From a bacterium (GTDB taxonomy: Bacteria; UBA8248; JACPRG01; G963555815), in contig CBDHDG010000004.1 of assembly GCA_965261595.1 (NCBI GenBank), positions 64,001 to 128,000 of the forward strand: a stretch of 64,000 nucleotides of DNA, written 5' to 3'. Below the pieces are notes generated by a model. It made no database searches, was not told the origin of the DNA, and was given only the letters and a program-made list of their open reading frames with translations. Shown one piece after another: positions 21,961 through 31,668 of this stretch. The position numbers and the translations under genes are program-made. The number at the start of each line of letters is the position of its first letter. The stretch's first letter is position 1.

Positions 21961-23612
21961 GGAGCAGGTCCAGATCGGCCTTCAGGAAACACGCCACGGC
22001 GTCCTCCGGGGTGTTGACGATGGGCTCGCCTTTCACATTGAACGAGGTGTTCAGGAGGATCGGCACGCCCGTCTTCGCGCCGAAGGCTTGCAGCAGCTCC
22101 CAGTAAAGCGGGTTGGCATCCCGCGCGACCTCTGAACGCGCCCCGTTCCGTCCGCGTGCGTGACGGCGGGGATGAGGTTTCGGGCGCCGTCGCGTACGCG
22201 GTAGACCTGGGTCATGAACGGGCAGGGGAGGGTCCCGTGGAAAAACTCGGAAAGCCTCTCCTCCTGGACCGAGGACGCGAACGGCCGAAAGGCCTCTCGG
22301 AATTTGACCTTGGCGTTGATGATGTCCTTCATCTCCGTCCGGCGTGGGTCCGCCAGGATGCTTCGCGCCCCCAGGGCGCGTTGGCCGAATTCCGTCCGTC
22401 CCTGGAACCACCCGAGCACTTCGCCGGCGGCCAGAGCGCTCGCGGCGGCCGAGATGACGTCCGTGGAGACTTCGTATTCCAGGCCGCCCGCCGCCAGAGC
22501 GGCCCGCATGCGCTCTTCTCCCCATTCGGGGCCGAGTCGGGCGTCCCGAAGCGGCGCGGCGCGGTCCATCCCCGAAAGGGCATGACTGACGTAGAGCGCC
22601 GCGCCCAGGGATACCCCGGCGTCCCCCGCGCAGGGGGGGATGAAAACACGGTCGGCGATGCCCTGGTCGATGATTTTTCCGACGGCGACTGAATTCAGGG
22701 CGACGCCCCCGGCCAGACAAAGGTTGGGGCTGCCGGATTCGCTCCGGGCGATCCGGGCGAGGTGAATCAGGACTTCCTCTGTCCGGGCCTGAAGGGAAGC
22801 GGCCAGGTCTTCGTGTCGTTTCTCGACGGGGCCGTCGGACTTCCGGGGGGGGCCGAACGTTTGAACGAACCGCTTGGAGAAGAAGTTCTCCCGGCCGACG
22901 TGGTAACCGAAGTAGGCGGGATCGACCCTGAACCCCTTGTCCGTCAGGGTGGTGATTTCCCGGAACCGGTCCAGGCGGGCCGGCTCGCCGTAGGGCGCGA
23001 GGCCCATGACTTTGTACTCGTCGCTGAAAATCTGGAATCCGAGAAACTGTGTGACGGCCGTATACACGGCGCCCAGGCTGTGCGGCCATCCCTGGGAGCA
23101 GCGGCGCTCCAAGTCTCGGCCCCGGCCTCTGCCCATCCAGACGGTCTCCCACTCGCCGACGCCGTCCACCGTGAGGACGGCCGCCTCTTCGAAGGGAGAG
23201 GGATAAAAGGCGCTGGCGGCGTGGGCGAGGTGGTGATTAATCGCGTGGAAGGGGCCCCGGTATCCTGTTCGTTTGGTAAAATGCCCCCGGGCGGTGTCGA
23301 GCTGGACGTGACGGCCCGAGGACTAGATGAATATCCGGATCGACGCGGGGAAATGGCGAAGGACGTGGAGGATCTTTTCTTTTCTGTGGGCGCGCGGGTT
23401 CCACGCGAACGCAACCGCCCCCAGTCCCTGATGTCGATGCCTCCCCGCTCCAGGCAGAAGGCGAGAGCGGACGCGGGGAACTCCCGGTCGAACTTCCGGC
23501 GGCTGAACCGCTCCTCCTCGGCCGCCGCGAGGATGTTCCCGTCGCGGACAAGGGAGACGGATGAATCATGGCGCCCGAAGCATTAAAATCCCAGGATGTC
23601 GCCCTTGCTCAC
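21950..23612 (-). pseudogene. Carbamoyltransferase (CmcH/NodU/TobZ family) pseudogene
   Basis: ILGF*CFGRHDSS, AAEEERFSR.K, HHLAHAASAF, DGVGE, EYKVMGLA.YG, LAGGVALN, EFGQRALGARS, FRPFA, LLNTSFN..GEPIV. Stops at 23583-23585 and 23323-23325; frameshifts near 23423 and 22133. Confidence 0.88.
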
Positions 23613-23874
23613 GCCTTCTCCTTTTGTCGCGTCGGCGGGCCGTTGACTTCTCGCGGACCGCTCAATGTAGAACACACGGGCCGGACGATCAACGCCCGAT
23701 GCCTGAACCTTGGATTGATAATCTGGAAGGATGAAGATTCAGCGGGACCGGACGGTTGTGATGGATTCGCGGAGGAAAACGCTTCATGCGCCTCCCGAGC
23801 GCGGCCGGACCCGAACGAATCGCCGGCCAAAAAACCGGTCGGGGCTTGAAACCTGAAAGGAGCAATCTCGCAAG

Positions 23875-26541
23875 ATGGTCCTTTACACCTATTCCTTCGG
23901 AAAAGGAAGAACGGACGGCAGGGCCGACATGAAAAACCTCTTGGGCGGCAAAGGGGCCAACCTGGCGGAGATGTCGGGCCTGGGCCTGCCGGTTCCTCCC
24001 GGTTTCACCATCAGCACGGAGGCCTGCGTCCGTTATTTCCAGAGGGATGGGGGATATCCCGAAGGCTTGTGGGAGGAAATCATCGAGCGCCTGGCCGGCC
24101 TGGAAGGGGTGATGGAGGCGAAGCTCGGCGATCCGGAGAACCCCCTGCTTGTTTCCGTCCGGTCGGGCGCGCGGGTTTCCATGCCCGGCATGATGGACAC
24201 CGTGCTCAACCTCGGCCTCAACGACGACAGCGTGCTGGGTCTCGCCGCCCGCTCCGGGAGCGACCGATTCGCGTACGACAGCTACCGCCGGTTCCTGGGC
24301 ATGTTTGGAAACGTTGTTCTCGGCCTGAAATTCAGCGATTTCGAAGGCCGCCTCGAGGCCCTCAAGGAGCGCGAGGGCGTCCGGCTCGACACCGAGATCA
24401 GCGTGGACGGGCTTCGCTCGCTGGCGGGAGAGTTCAAGGCCCTCATCCATGAGAGGACCGGGCGGGATTTTCCCCAGGTCCCCATCGACCAGCTCAAGCT
24501 GGCGATCAACGCCGTGTTCGATTCCTGGAACTCCGAGCGCGCCGGCGCCTATCGCCGGATCAAGAGTATCCCGGATGACTTGGGGACGGCGGTGAACGTC
24601 CAGGCCATGGTTTTCGGCAACCTGGGGGAGGCGTCCGCGACGGGCGTCGCCTTCACGCGCGACCCGTCAACGGGGGAGCGGAAGTTCTACGGGGAATTCC
24701 TGGTCAAGGCCCAGGGGGAGGATGTTGTGGCGGGAATTCGCACACCCGAGCCTATTGAGCGTCTGGCCGAAATCATGCCTGAGTCTTATCGACAGCTTGA
24801 AGGAATCTATCAAACACTGGAGTCTCATTATCGGGATATGCAGGACCTGGAATTCACCATCCAGGACGGCACGCTCTACATGCTCCAAACGCGCGGGGGA
24901 AAGCGGACCGCCACGGCTGCCGTGCGCATTGCCGTCGATATGGTCGAGGAAGGGCTGATCACCAAGAATGAGGCCATCCTGCGCCTCGACGCCGACCAGA
25001 TGGAGCAGCTTCTTCACCCGCATATCGATCCGGATGCCGCGGTCCAAGTGATCGCCCGGGGTCTCGGCGGCTCGCCCGGCGCGGCCGTCGGCGAGGTGGT
25101 CTTCTCCGCCCGGCGGGCGGAGGGGCTGGCGAAGGACGGGAAGCCGGTGATCCTCGTCCGGACGGAGACCTCCCCCGAAGACTTCGGCGGAATGCACGCG
25201 GCCCAGGCCATTCTGACCGCCCGGGGGGGGCTGACATCGCATGCGGCGGTCGTCGCGCGGGGAATGGGGAAGTGTTGCGTGGTGGGGTGCGAAGAGCTCT
25301 CCGTCGATGAAGGCGGAGGCACGTTCTCGGCCGACGGCGTCGATGTCAAAGAAGGCGATATCATCACCCTCAACGGCTCGACGGGGGAGGTCATCCTGGG
25401 CGCGACCCACCTGGTCGAACCCGAGTTGGGCGAAGAGTTCGGAAAGGTCCTGGAGTGGGCCGATAAAATCCGGAAGCTGGGGGTCTGGGCCAACGCCGAC
25501 ACCCCCGACGACGCCCGGGTGGCCCGGGAAAAGGGGGCGGAGGGCATCGGCCTTTGCCGCACGGAGCACATGTTCTTCGAGGGGGATCGCATCCGGGCGG
25601 TGCGCGAGATGATCATCGCCGAGACCGACGGAGAGCGGCGGGCGGCCCTGGCGAAGATCCTCCCGATGCAGATCGCCGATTTCGAGGGGATCTTCGAGGC
25701 CATGGACGGGCTTCCCACGGTCATCCGGCTTCTGGATCCGCCCTTGCACGAGTTCCTTCCGAAAACGGATGAAGACCTGAAGGCCCTTACCGAAGATACG
25801 CGAACCACGGTGGACCACATCATAACGATCAGCAACCGGCTTCACGAATTCAATCCCATGCTCGGGCACCGGGGGTGCCGGCTGGGGCTCTCGCATCCGG
25901 AGATCTACGAGATGCAGGCCGAGGCCATCCTGACGGCTGCGTGCACCGTCGCCAAAAGGGGCGTGACGCCCGTTCCGGAGATCATGATTCCCCTCGTCGC
26001 CGAGGCCTCGGAGTTGCGCGTGTGCCGTGAGATCGTGGACAAGGCGGGCCGAAAGGTCTTCGAACGGGAAGGCGTCGAAGTCGATTACAAGGTGGGCACG
26101 ATGATCGAGCTTCCGCGCGCGTGCATCGTGGCGGACGCCGTGGCCGAGCACGCCGAATTCTTCTCGTTCGGGACCAACGACCTGACCCAGACCATTTACG
26201 GCCTGAGCCGGGACGACGCCGGCGGGTTCCTCCCGACGCATGTGGAGAGGAATTACATCACGGCGGATCCGTTCATCGCCATCGACCCGGAGGGAGTCGG
26301 CGCAATGGTTCGGATGGGCGTGGACCTCGGCCGCAAGACCCGGCCGGACCTCAAGATCGGCATTTGCGGCGAGCACGGCGGCGAGCCGTCCTCGGTGGCG
26401 TTTTTTTACGACGCGAAGCTGGACTACGTAAGCTGCTCCCCGTATCGCGTCCCCATCGCCCGGCTGGCCGCGGCCCAGGCCCAGCTGCGGAATCCCGAGG
26501 GCGGCGTGAAAGACGGAAAAGGGCGGGCGGGCTCAGGCTGA
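23875..26541 (+). CDS. ppdK: Pyruvate, phosphate dikinase
   Basis: LLGGKGANL, VSVRSGA, GGLTSHAA (phospho-His), GLCRTEHMF, FSFGTNDL, CGEHGG. Confidence 0.97.
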   Translation: MVLYTYSFGKGRTDGRADMKNLLGGKGANLAEMSGLGLPVPPGFTISTEACVRYFQRDGGYPEGLWEEIIERLAGLEGVMEAKLGDPENPLLVSVRSGARVSMPGMMDTVLNLGLNDDSVLGLAARSGSDRFAYDSYRRFLGMFGNVVLGLKFSDFEGRLEALKEREGVRLDTEISVDGLRSLAGEFKALIHERTGRDFPQVPIDQLKLAINAVFDSWNSERAGAYRRIKSIPDDLGTAVNVQAMVFGNLGEASATGVAFTRDPSTGERKFYGEFLVKAQGEDVVAGIRTPEPIERLAEIMPESYRQLEGIYQTLESHYRDMQDLEFTIQDGTLYMLQTRGGKRTATAAVRIAVDMVEEGLITKNEAILRLDADQMEQLLHPHIDPDAAVQVIARGLGGSPGAAVGEVVFSARRAEGLAKDGKPVILVRTETSPEDFGGMHAAQAILTARGGLTSHAAVVARGMGKCCVVGCEELSVDEGGGTFSADGVDVKEGDIITLNGSTGEVILGATHLVEPELGEEFGKVLEWADKIRKLGVWANADTPDDARVAREKGAEGIGLCRTEHMFFEGDRIRAVREMIIAETDGERRAALAKILPMQIADFEGIFEAMDGLPTVIRLLDPPLHEFLPKTDEDLKALTEDTRTTVDHIITISNRLHEFNPMLGHRGCRLGLSHPEIYEMQAEAILTAACTVAKRGVTPVPEIMIPLVAEASELRVCREIVDKAGRKVFEREGVEVDYKVGTMIELPRACIVADAVAEHAEFFSFGTNDLTQTIYGLSRDDAGGFLPTHVERNYITADPFIAIDPEGVGAMVRMGVDLGRKTRPDLKIGICGEHGGEPSSVAFFYDAKLDYVSCSPYRVPIARLAAAQAQLRNPEGGVKDGKGRAGSG

Positions 26542-26672
26542 GCGGGAGCGGCTCAGGTCCCGCATTCGGATATGCGGGGGGAGATGCCCCCGTCGCTGGT
26601 CATTCCTTAAATTTTGTCGCAAAGGATCGTTGCAACCGCGCTTGACGCGAGAGTTGAATTGATTCCCGGCGG

Positions 26673-26701
26673 TTGACACCCGTTACGTGACACGTTATAG
26701 T
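26673..26701 (+). promoter_or_regulatory. higBA promoter with palindromic operator in the spacer; probably leaderless transcript
   Basis: TTGACA 26673-26678, 17 bp, TATAGT 26696-26701; inverted repeat ACGTG-A-CACGT 26685-26695; ATG at 26707. Confidence 0.7.
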
Positions 26702-26706
26702 TGCTG

Positions 26707-26985
26707 ATGATTCGAACCGTTCGGCACAAGGGATAGAAGTCGCTCTACGAGAGGGGCAGGTCGTCCGGCCTCAATCCCAACTGGATCCGGAGAATCCGGG
26801 CCATCCTGGCGCGTTTGGATGCCGGCGCGGAGCCCGGCGATTTGGACCAACCCGGTCTCCGACTCCATCCCCTGAAGGGCAAATACCGGGGTTATTGGGC
26901 CGTGGATGTATCGGGCAACTGGCGAGTCATTTTTCGTTTTAAGAAGGGTGACGTTTATGACGTTGACCTGATCGATTACCATTAG
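26707..26985 (+). pseudogene. higB: HigB (RelE-superfamily) toxin with in-frame TAG at codon 10
   Basis: Manual translation MIRTVRHKG*KSLYE...LHPLKG...WAVDVSGNWRVIFRF...VDLIDYH; absent from the ORF track because of the TAG at 26734-26736. Confidence 0.88.
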
Positions 26986-26996
26986 GAGAAAGCGCA

Positions 26997-27305
26997 ATGC
27001 CGATGCATAACCCGCCTCATCCCGGCGAGGTCATTCGGGAGATTTGCCTGGAGCCCTTGGGTTTGACCGTCACGGAGACCGCCCGGGGACTTGGAGTGAG
27101 CCGTAAGACGCTCTCCGAGCTGTTGAACGGTCACTCGGGCATCTCCCCGGAGATGGCGATACGCCTTTCCAGGGCATTTGGCGGGAATCCTGAAAGCTGG
27201 TTGCGCCAGCAGATGCAATTCGACCTCTGGCAGACCCGGCGGAATGCGAAGACCTTGAAGGTGAAGCGCTTCAAGGCGGAAACGCTCACGGTTCCGCCGG
27301 AATAG
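26997..27305 (+). CDS. higA: HigA antitoxin (XRE HTH)
   Basis: [36 protein letters not shown] upstream. Confidence 0.92.
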   Translation: MPMHNPPHPGEVIREICLEPLGLTVTETARGLGVSRKTLSELLNGHSGISPEMAIRLSRAFGGNPESWLRQQMQFDLWQTRRNAKTLKVKRFKAETLTVPPE

Positions 27306-27452
27306 AATCACAAGGCGAAAACCCGGGGTCGGAGAAAGGAAAAGGGTCGGGGCGGTGGTCTTCTCTCCTTGAGAAGAGACCCCTCCGGGGCTATCTATTT
27401 GTAGTGTCTCGTAAATGGTTTTACATTTTGAGACCCGAATTGCACCTTTCCG

Positions 27453-27531
27453 GCCGGGCAGGATGCCCGGCCTACCGAACGGTGGAAACCCGCTGTTTTT
27501 GACGCCATGTAGGGCGGGCATCTTGCCCGCC
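27453..27531. repeat. Inverted pair of GTAG-type REP elements (REPIN/BIME-like)
   Basis: Minus: GTAG-GCCGGGCA-TCC-TGCCCGGC (27453-27475); plus: GTAG-GGCGGGCA-TCT-TGCCCGCC (27509-27531). Confidence 0.7.
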
Positions 27532-27559
27532 TTCTCTGCGATTTAAGGAGAATTGGGGC

Positions 27560-28705
27560 TTGAGCCGTTGGAGCGAGGCGGACCGCGCGCACATGAGGGA
27601 AGCCCTCGATCTGGCCGCCCGTCCGGGATGGCGAACCCACCCGAACCCAATGGTCGGCGCCGTTGTCGTAAAGGACGGCCGGGTCGTCGGGCGCGGCTGG
27701 CACCGGAGGCCGGGGGGGCCCCATGCCGAAATTCTGTCCATGCGCGACGCCGGACGGCGCGCGCGCGGCGCGACGCTCTATGTCACGCTCGAGCCCTGTT
27801 GCCATCACGGCAAGACCCCGCCCTGCACCGATGCGGTTATCGGCGCGGGGGTCTCGCGCGTTGTGGCGGCCATGCGGGACCCGAATCCGAAGGTCGCGGG
27901 CCGGGGATTACGCATCCTCCGGAGAAACCGCATCCAGGTCGAAACGGGGTTGTTGGGGGGCGCGGCGCGCCGCCTGAACGAGGCATTTTGCCGGCGGGTC
28001 GAGGAGAACCGGCCTTGGGTGATCCTGAAATCAGCCATCAGCCTGGATGGGAAGATCGCGACGGCCTCCGGGGACTCGAAGTGGATCACCTCGGCGGCGT
28101 CCCGGGCCCATGTCCACCGCCTTCGGGACAGTGTGGACGCGATCCTGGCCGGGATAGGCGCGGTTCTCGCCGACGACCCGCGATTGACCGCACGGCCGGC
28201 GGGGCGCACCGGGCGCGATCCGGTCCGCGTGATCCTGGACAGCGCGCTACGCATCCCATTGAAGGCGAAGGCGTTGAATCGTTCATCGCCGGCGAGTATA
28301 ATCGTCGCGACGACGGCGCGGGCGGAGGTCCGGCGCGCTCTGGCGCTGCGGGACCGCGGCGTCGAGGTGTGGGTCCTTCCCTCACGGCGGGGCCGGGTCG
28401 GGCTCGGGTCCTTGTTGAAGAAGTTGGCCGCGTGCGAGATCACCACCCTCCTTGTCGAGGGCGGGGGGGAAGTCGCCGGGTCGTTCCTTCGGGAAGGATG
28501 GGTCGACCGCGCGGTGTTCTACGTCGCCCCGGTTCTTATCGGGGGGGAGGAGGCCCCCGGGCCGTTGCGGGGCGCGGGGGCGCGCAGGTTGAGCGGCGCC
28601 TGGAACCTCGAAGAGGCCGCGGTGACGTCTACCGGGCCGGACCTTTTGATTGAAGGATACGTTCGGTCCAGAAAGCGAACCGCTCGGAAAAGAAGCCGAG
28701 GCTGA
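27560..28705 (+). CDS. ribD: Riboflavin biosynthesis deaminase/reductase RibD
   Basis: PNPMVG, HAE, LEPCCHHGKTPPC, SLDGKIA, VEGG. Confidence 0.95.
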   Translation: MSRWSEADRAHMREALDLAARPGWRTHPNPMVGAVVVKDGRVVGRGWHRRPGGPHAEILSMRDAGRRARGATLYVTLEPCCHHGKTPPCTDAVIGAGVSRVVAAMRDPNPKVAGRGLRILRRNRIQVETGLLGGAARRLNEAFCRRVEENRPWVILKSAISLDGKIATASGDSKWITSAASRAHVHRLRDSVDAILAGIGAVLADDPRLTARPAGRTGRDPVRVILDSALRIPLKAKALNRSSPASIIVATTARAEVRRALALRDRGVEVWVLPSRRGRVGLGSLLKKLAACEITTLLVEGGGEVAGSFLREGWVDRAVFYVAPVLIGGEEAPGPLRGAGARRLSGAWNLEEAAVTSTGPDLLIEGYVRSRKRTARKRSRG

Positions 28706-28727
28706 AACAAATCAGGGACGACGGACC

Positions 28728-29375
28728 ATGTTTACGGGCATTATCGAGCATGTGGGAACGGTGGATTCGGTTCGCGTCACACCGGACGGCGGGCGGCTTA
28801 CCATCCGCTCCCCCGAAGCGGCCGGGGAGCTCGGCGAGGGGGACAGCGTCGCCGTCAACGGGGCCTGTCTGACGAAGGTGGGCGGAGAGGAAGAGACCTT
28901 CGCTGTGGATGTCAGTCCCGAGAGTCTGAAGAAGACGAACCTGGGCGCTTTGCGCAAGGGCGACCCGGTCAATTTGGAGTTGGCCATGCGCCTGGGCGCT
29001 AGGCTTGGGGGGCACATGGTGAGCGGACATGTGGACGCCGTCGGGCGGATCGAGAACCGGCGCACAGAGGGGGATTCGGAGATCGTCGCCATCCAGGCGC
29101 CGCCCGAGGTGATGCGCTATGTTGTTTCGAAGGGGTCCGTGGCGGTGGACGGAATCAGCCTGACGATCGCCGGGCGGGAAACTGGCCGGTTTCTAGTGGC
29201 GATCATTCCGCATACCGCCCTGAAGACGACGCTTTTGTTGAAAAAGCCCGGAGATCCGGTGAATCTCGAAGCGGACCTCATTGGAAAGTACGTGGAGCGC
29301 CTCCTCACCCAGGATTCCGAAGGCGGGACAGGCGGAATGACAAAGGAATTTCTCATTGAGAACGGATATGCCTGA
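28728..29375 (+). CDS. ribE: Riboflavin synthase
   Basis: MFTGII start, GDSVAVNGACLT, GGHMVSGHVD, DGISLT. Confidence 0.95.
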   Translation: MFTGIIEHVGTVDSVRVTPDGGRLTIRSPEAAGELGEGDSVAVNGACLTKVGGEEETFAVDVSPESLKKTNLGALRKGDPVNLELAMRLGARLGGHMVSGHVDAVGRIENRRTEGDSEIVAIQAPPEVMRYVVSKGSVAVDGISLTIAGRETGRFLVAIIPHTALKTTLLLKKPGDPVNLEADLIGKYVERLLTQDSEGGTGGMTKEFLIENGYA

Positions 29376-30591
29376 ATCAACCGACACGAATTCATTCGCC
29401 TCGATAGACGAGGCCATCCTCGATATCCAGGAAGGCCGCATGGTCATTCTGGTGGATGACGAGGACCGTGAGAACGAGGGCGACCTCACCATGGCCGCCG
29501 ACAAGATCACGCCCGAGGCGGTCAACTTCATGGCCATCCACGGCCGGGGCCTCATCTGTGTATCTCTTATGGACGAGCGGGCCGATGAGCTGGACCTGTT
29601 GCCGATGGTGTCGGTCAACACCGCCAGCCTGGGGACGGCCTTCACCGTTTCGGTGGACGCCAAGCAGAACGTCACGACGGGCATCTCGGCGGGGGACCGC
29701 GCGGAGACCATTCGCCAGATTGTGGACCCGGGGACAAAGCCTTACGACCTGGCGCGTCCGGGTCACATCTTTCCCCTTCGGGCGAAGGACGGAGGCGTCC
29801 TGGTGCGCGCGGGGCAGACGGAGGGCTCCGTGGACCTGGCCCGGTTGGCGGGACTGAGTCCTGTGGGCGTGATTTGCGAGATCATGAGTCCCGACGGGAC
29901 CATGTCCCGGGTGCCCGAGTTGAAAGAATTCGGCAAGACGCATAATTTGAAGCTTGTGACCATTAAGGATCTCGTGGAATACCGGATGCGGCGCGAGTCG
30001 CTGATAGAGCGGGTCAGCGAGACGATGATTCCCACCCGGTTTGGAACGTTCCAGGTCAAGACCTATCAGGGAACCATCGGGGGGGAAATCTATTTGGCGT
30101 TCATTCTGGGCGACCCGATGCCGGAGGACAACGTCCTCGTCCGGGTTCACTCCCAGTGCCTTACGGGCGATGTCTTCGGCTCCTTTCGCTGCGATTGCGG
30201 CTCTCAACTCGAGGCCGCCCTGGAGAAAATCCGCGAGGAAGGCAAAGGGGTTCTGCTTTACGTCACCCAGGAGGGCCGGGGGATCGGCATTGTCAACAAA
30301 CTCAAGGCGTACGCCCTTCAGGACGAGGGGCTGGACACGGTTCAGGCCAACGAGGCTCTCGGCTTCAAGGCCGACCTGCGGGATTATGGACTGGGGGCGC
30401 AAGTCCTGGCGGACCTCGGCATAAAAGAGATGCGGCTCATGACCAATAACCCGAGGAAGATCGTGGGCTTGGAAGGCTACGGCCTGACCGTCACGGACCG
30501 TGTGTCCATCGAGATCCGCCCCCGAAAGGAAAACCAGCGCTATCTCGAAACGAAGCGGGATAAGCTGGGGCATTTGTTGAGTCACAGTTGA
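29368..30591 (+). CDS. ribBA: Bifunctional DHBP synthase / GTP cyclohydrolase II
   Basis: DDEDRENEGD, RPGHIFPL, VRVHSQCLTGD..GS.RCDCG, QEGRGIG, TNNPRK. Confidence 0.96.
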   Translation: MPESTDTNSFASIDEAILDIQEGRMVILVDDEDRENEGDLTMAADKITPEAVNFMAIHGRGLICVSLMDERADELDLLPMVSVNTASLGTAFTVSVDAKQNVTTGISAGDRAETIRQIVDPGTKPYDLARPGHIFPLRAKDGGVLVRAGQTEGSVDLARLAGLSPVGVICEIMSPDGTMSRVPELKEFGKTHNLKLVTIKDLVEYRMRRESLIERVSETMIPTRFGTFQVKTYQGTIGGEIYLAFILGDPMPEDNVLVRVHSQCLTGDVFGSFRCDCGSQLEAALEKIREEGKGVLLYVTQEGRGIGIVNKLKAYALQDEGLDTVQANEALGFKADLRDYGLGAQVLADLGIKEMRLMTNNPRKIVGLEGYGLTVTDRVSIEIRPRKENQRYLETKRDKLGHLLSHS

Positions 30592-30655
30592 TCGGGAGCC
30601 GTCCGGCCCCGGCCGGGAGAGGCCCGGCAAGAGGCCGGTCCTGAGGGAGGTGTAG

Positions 30656-31138
30656 ATGCCGAAGGTGGTGGAAGGAAATCTCAGCGCGGCCGGGTTGAAA
30701 TTCGGGATAGTTGTCAGCCGGTTCAATCACTTTGTGACCGATCGGCTGCTGGAGGGCGGGATGGACGGCCTCAGCCGCTGCGGCGCCCGGGAGGCGGACA
30801 TCGAGGTGTTCAAGGTCCCCGGGACGTTCGAGATCCCCCTGGCCGCCCGCAAGCTGGCCCAGTCGGGGCGGTATGACGCCCTTGTGTGTCTCGGGGCCGT
30901 GATTCGCGGCGCGACTCCTCACTTCGAGTACGTCGCCTCGGAAGTCTCGAAGGGAATCGCCGCCGCCTCCCAGGAGTTCGGCCTGCCGATCACCTTCGGG
31001 GTTCTGACGACCGACACCGTCGAGCAGGCCGTCGAGCGCGCGGGGACCAAGCACGGAAACAAAGGCTTCGATGCCGCCTTGAGCGCGATAGAGATGGTGA
31101 ACTTGTTGAAAGAGGTCCCGAAGCCGCGACGCAAGTAA
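30656..31138 (+). CDS. ribH: 6,7-dimethyl-8-ribityllumazine synthase
   Basis: [36 protein letters not shown]. Confidence 0.96.
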   Translation: MPKVVEGNLSAAGLKFGIVVSRFNHFVTDRLLEGGMDGLSRCGAREADIEVFKVPGTFEIPLAARKLAQSGRYDALVCLGAVIRGATPHFEYVASEVSKGIAAASQEFGLPITFGVLTTDTVEQAVERAGTKHGNKGFDAALSAIEMVNLLKEVPKPRRK

Positions 31139-31165
31139 GGCGGGGCCTCCCGACCGGATGAGAGC

Positions 31166-31582
31166 ATGGGTCTTCGAAGATCGGCGCGGGAAGAGGCGCT
31201 GAAAATCCTTTATGGCCTGGAATTGACCGGAGACGAGCCGGATCTCGCCTTGGGCCGGCTCGAGGAGGAATCCGAGGTTTCGCGGCAAGTCCGGGCTTAC
31301 ACCGACCGGCTTGTCCGGACCTGTTGGCGGGAGCGCATGGCGCTGGACGCCCTCATCGCCCGGGTTTCGGAGCACTGGGCCTTGCGCAGGATGAATTTCA
31401 TCGACCGCAACGTCCTCCGGATGGCGGCCTGCGAGCTCGTCTTCTTTGATGACATCCCCCCCAAGGTGGCCATCAATGAGGCCATTGACATCGCCCGGAA
31501 GTACGGCACGGATACGTCCGGGGCCTTCGTCAACGGCATCCTCGATCGCATTGTTAAGGAGCGCGACTTGGAGATGGCCTGA
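31166..31582 (+). CDS. nusB: Transcription antitermination factor NusB
   Basis: RRSARE, W...R...[28 protein letters not shown]. Confidence 0.95.
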   Translation: MGLRRSAREEALKILYGLELTGDEPDLALGRLEEESEVSRQVRAYTDRLVRTCWRERMALDALIARVSEHWALRRMNFIDRNVLRMAACELVFFDDIPPKVAINEAIDIARKYGTDTSGAFVNGILDRIVKERDLEMA

Positions 31583-31668
31583 GGCCCCCCTCCCCCAAGT
31601 CCGGGGCGGCGCGACCCGCCTTGGCCGGGAATCCAACCGAATCCTCCCTGAGAAGTGAGCCGACCGAC

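Noticed and set aside
27306..27559. FMN riboswitch upstream of ribD
   Set aside because: RFN core motifs not found; the region contains a hairpin and REP-like repeats instead.
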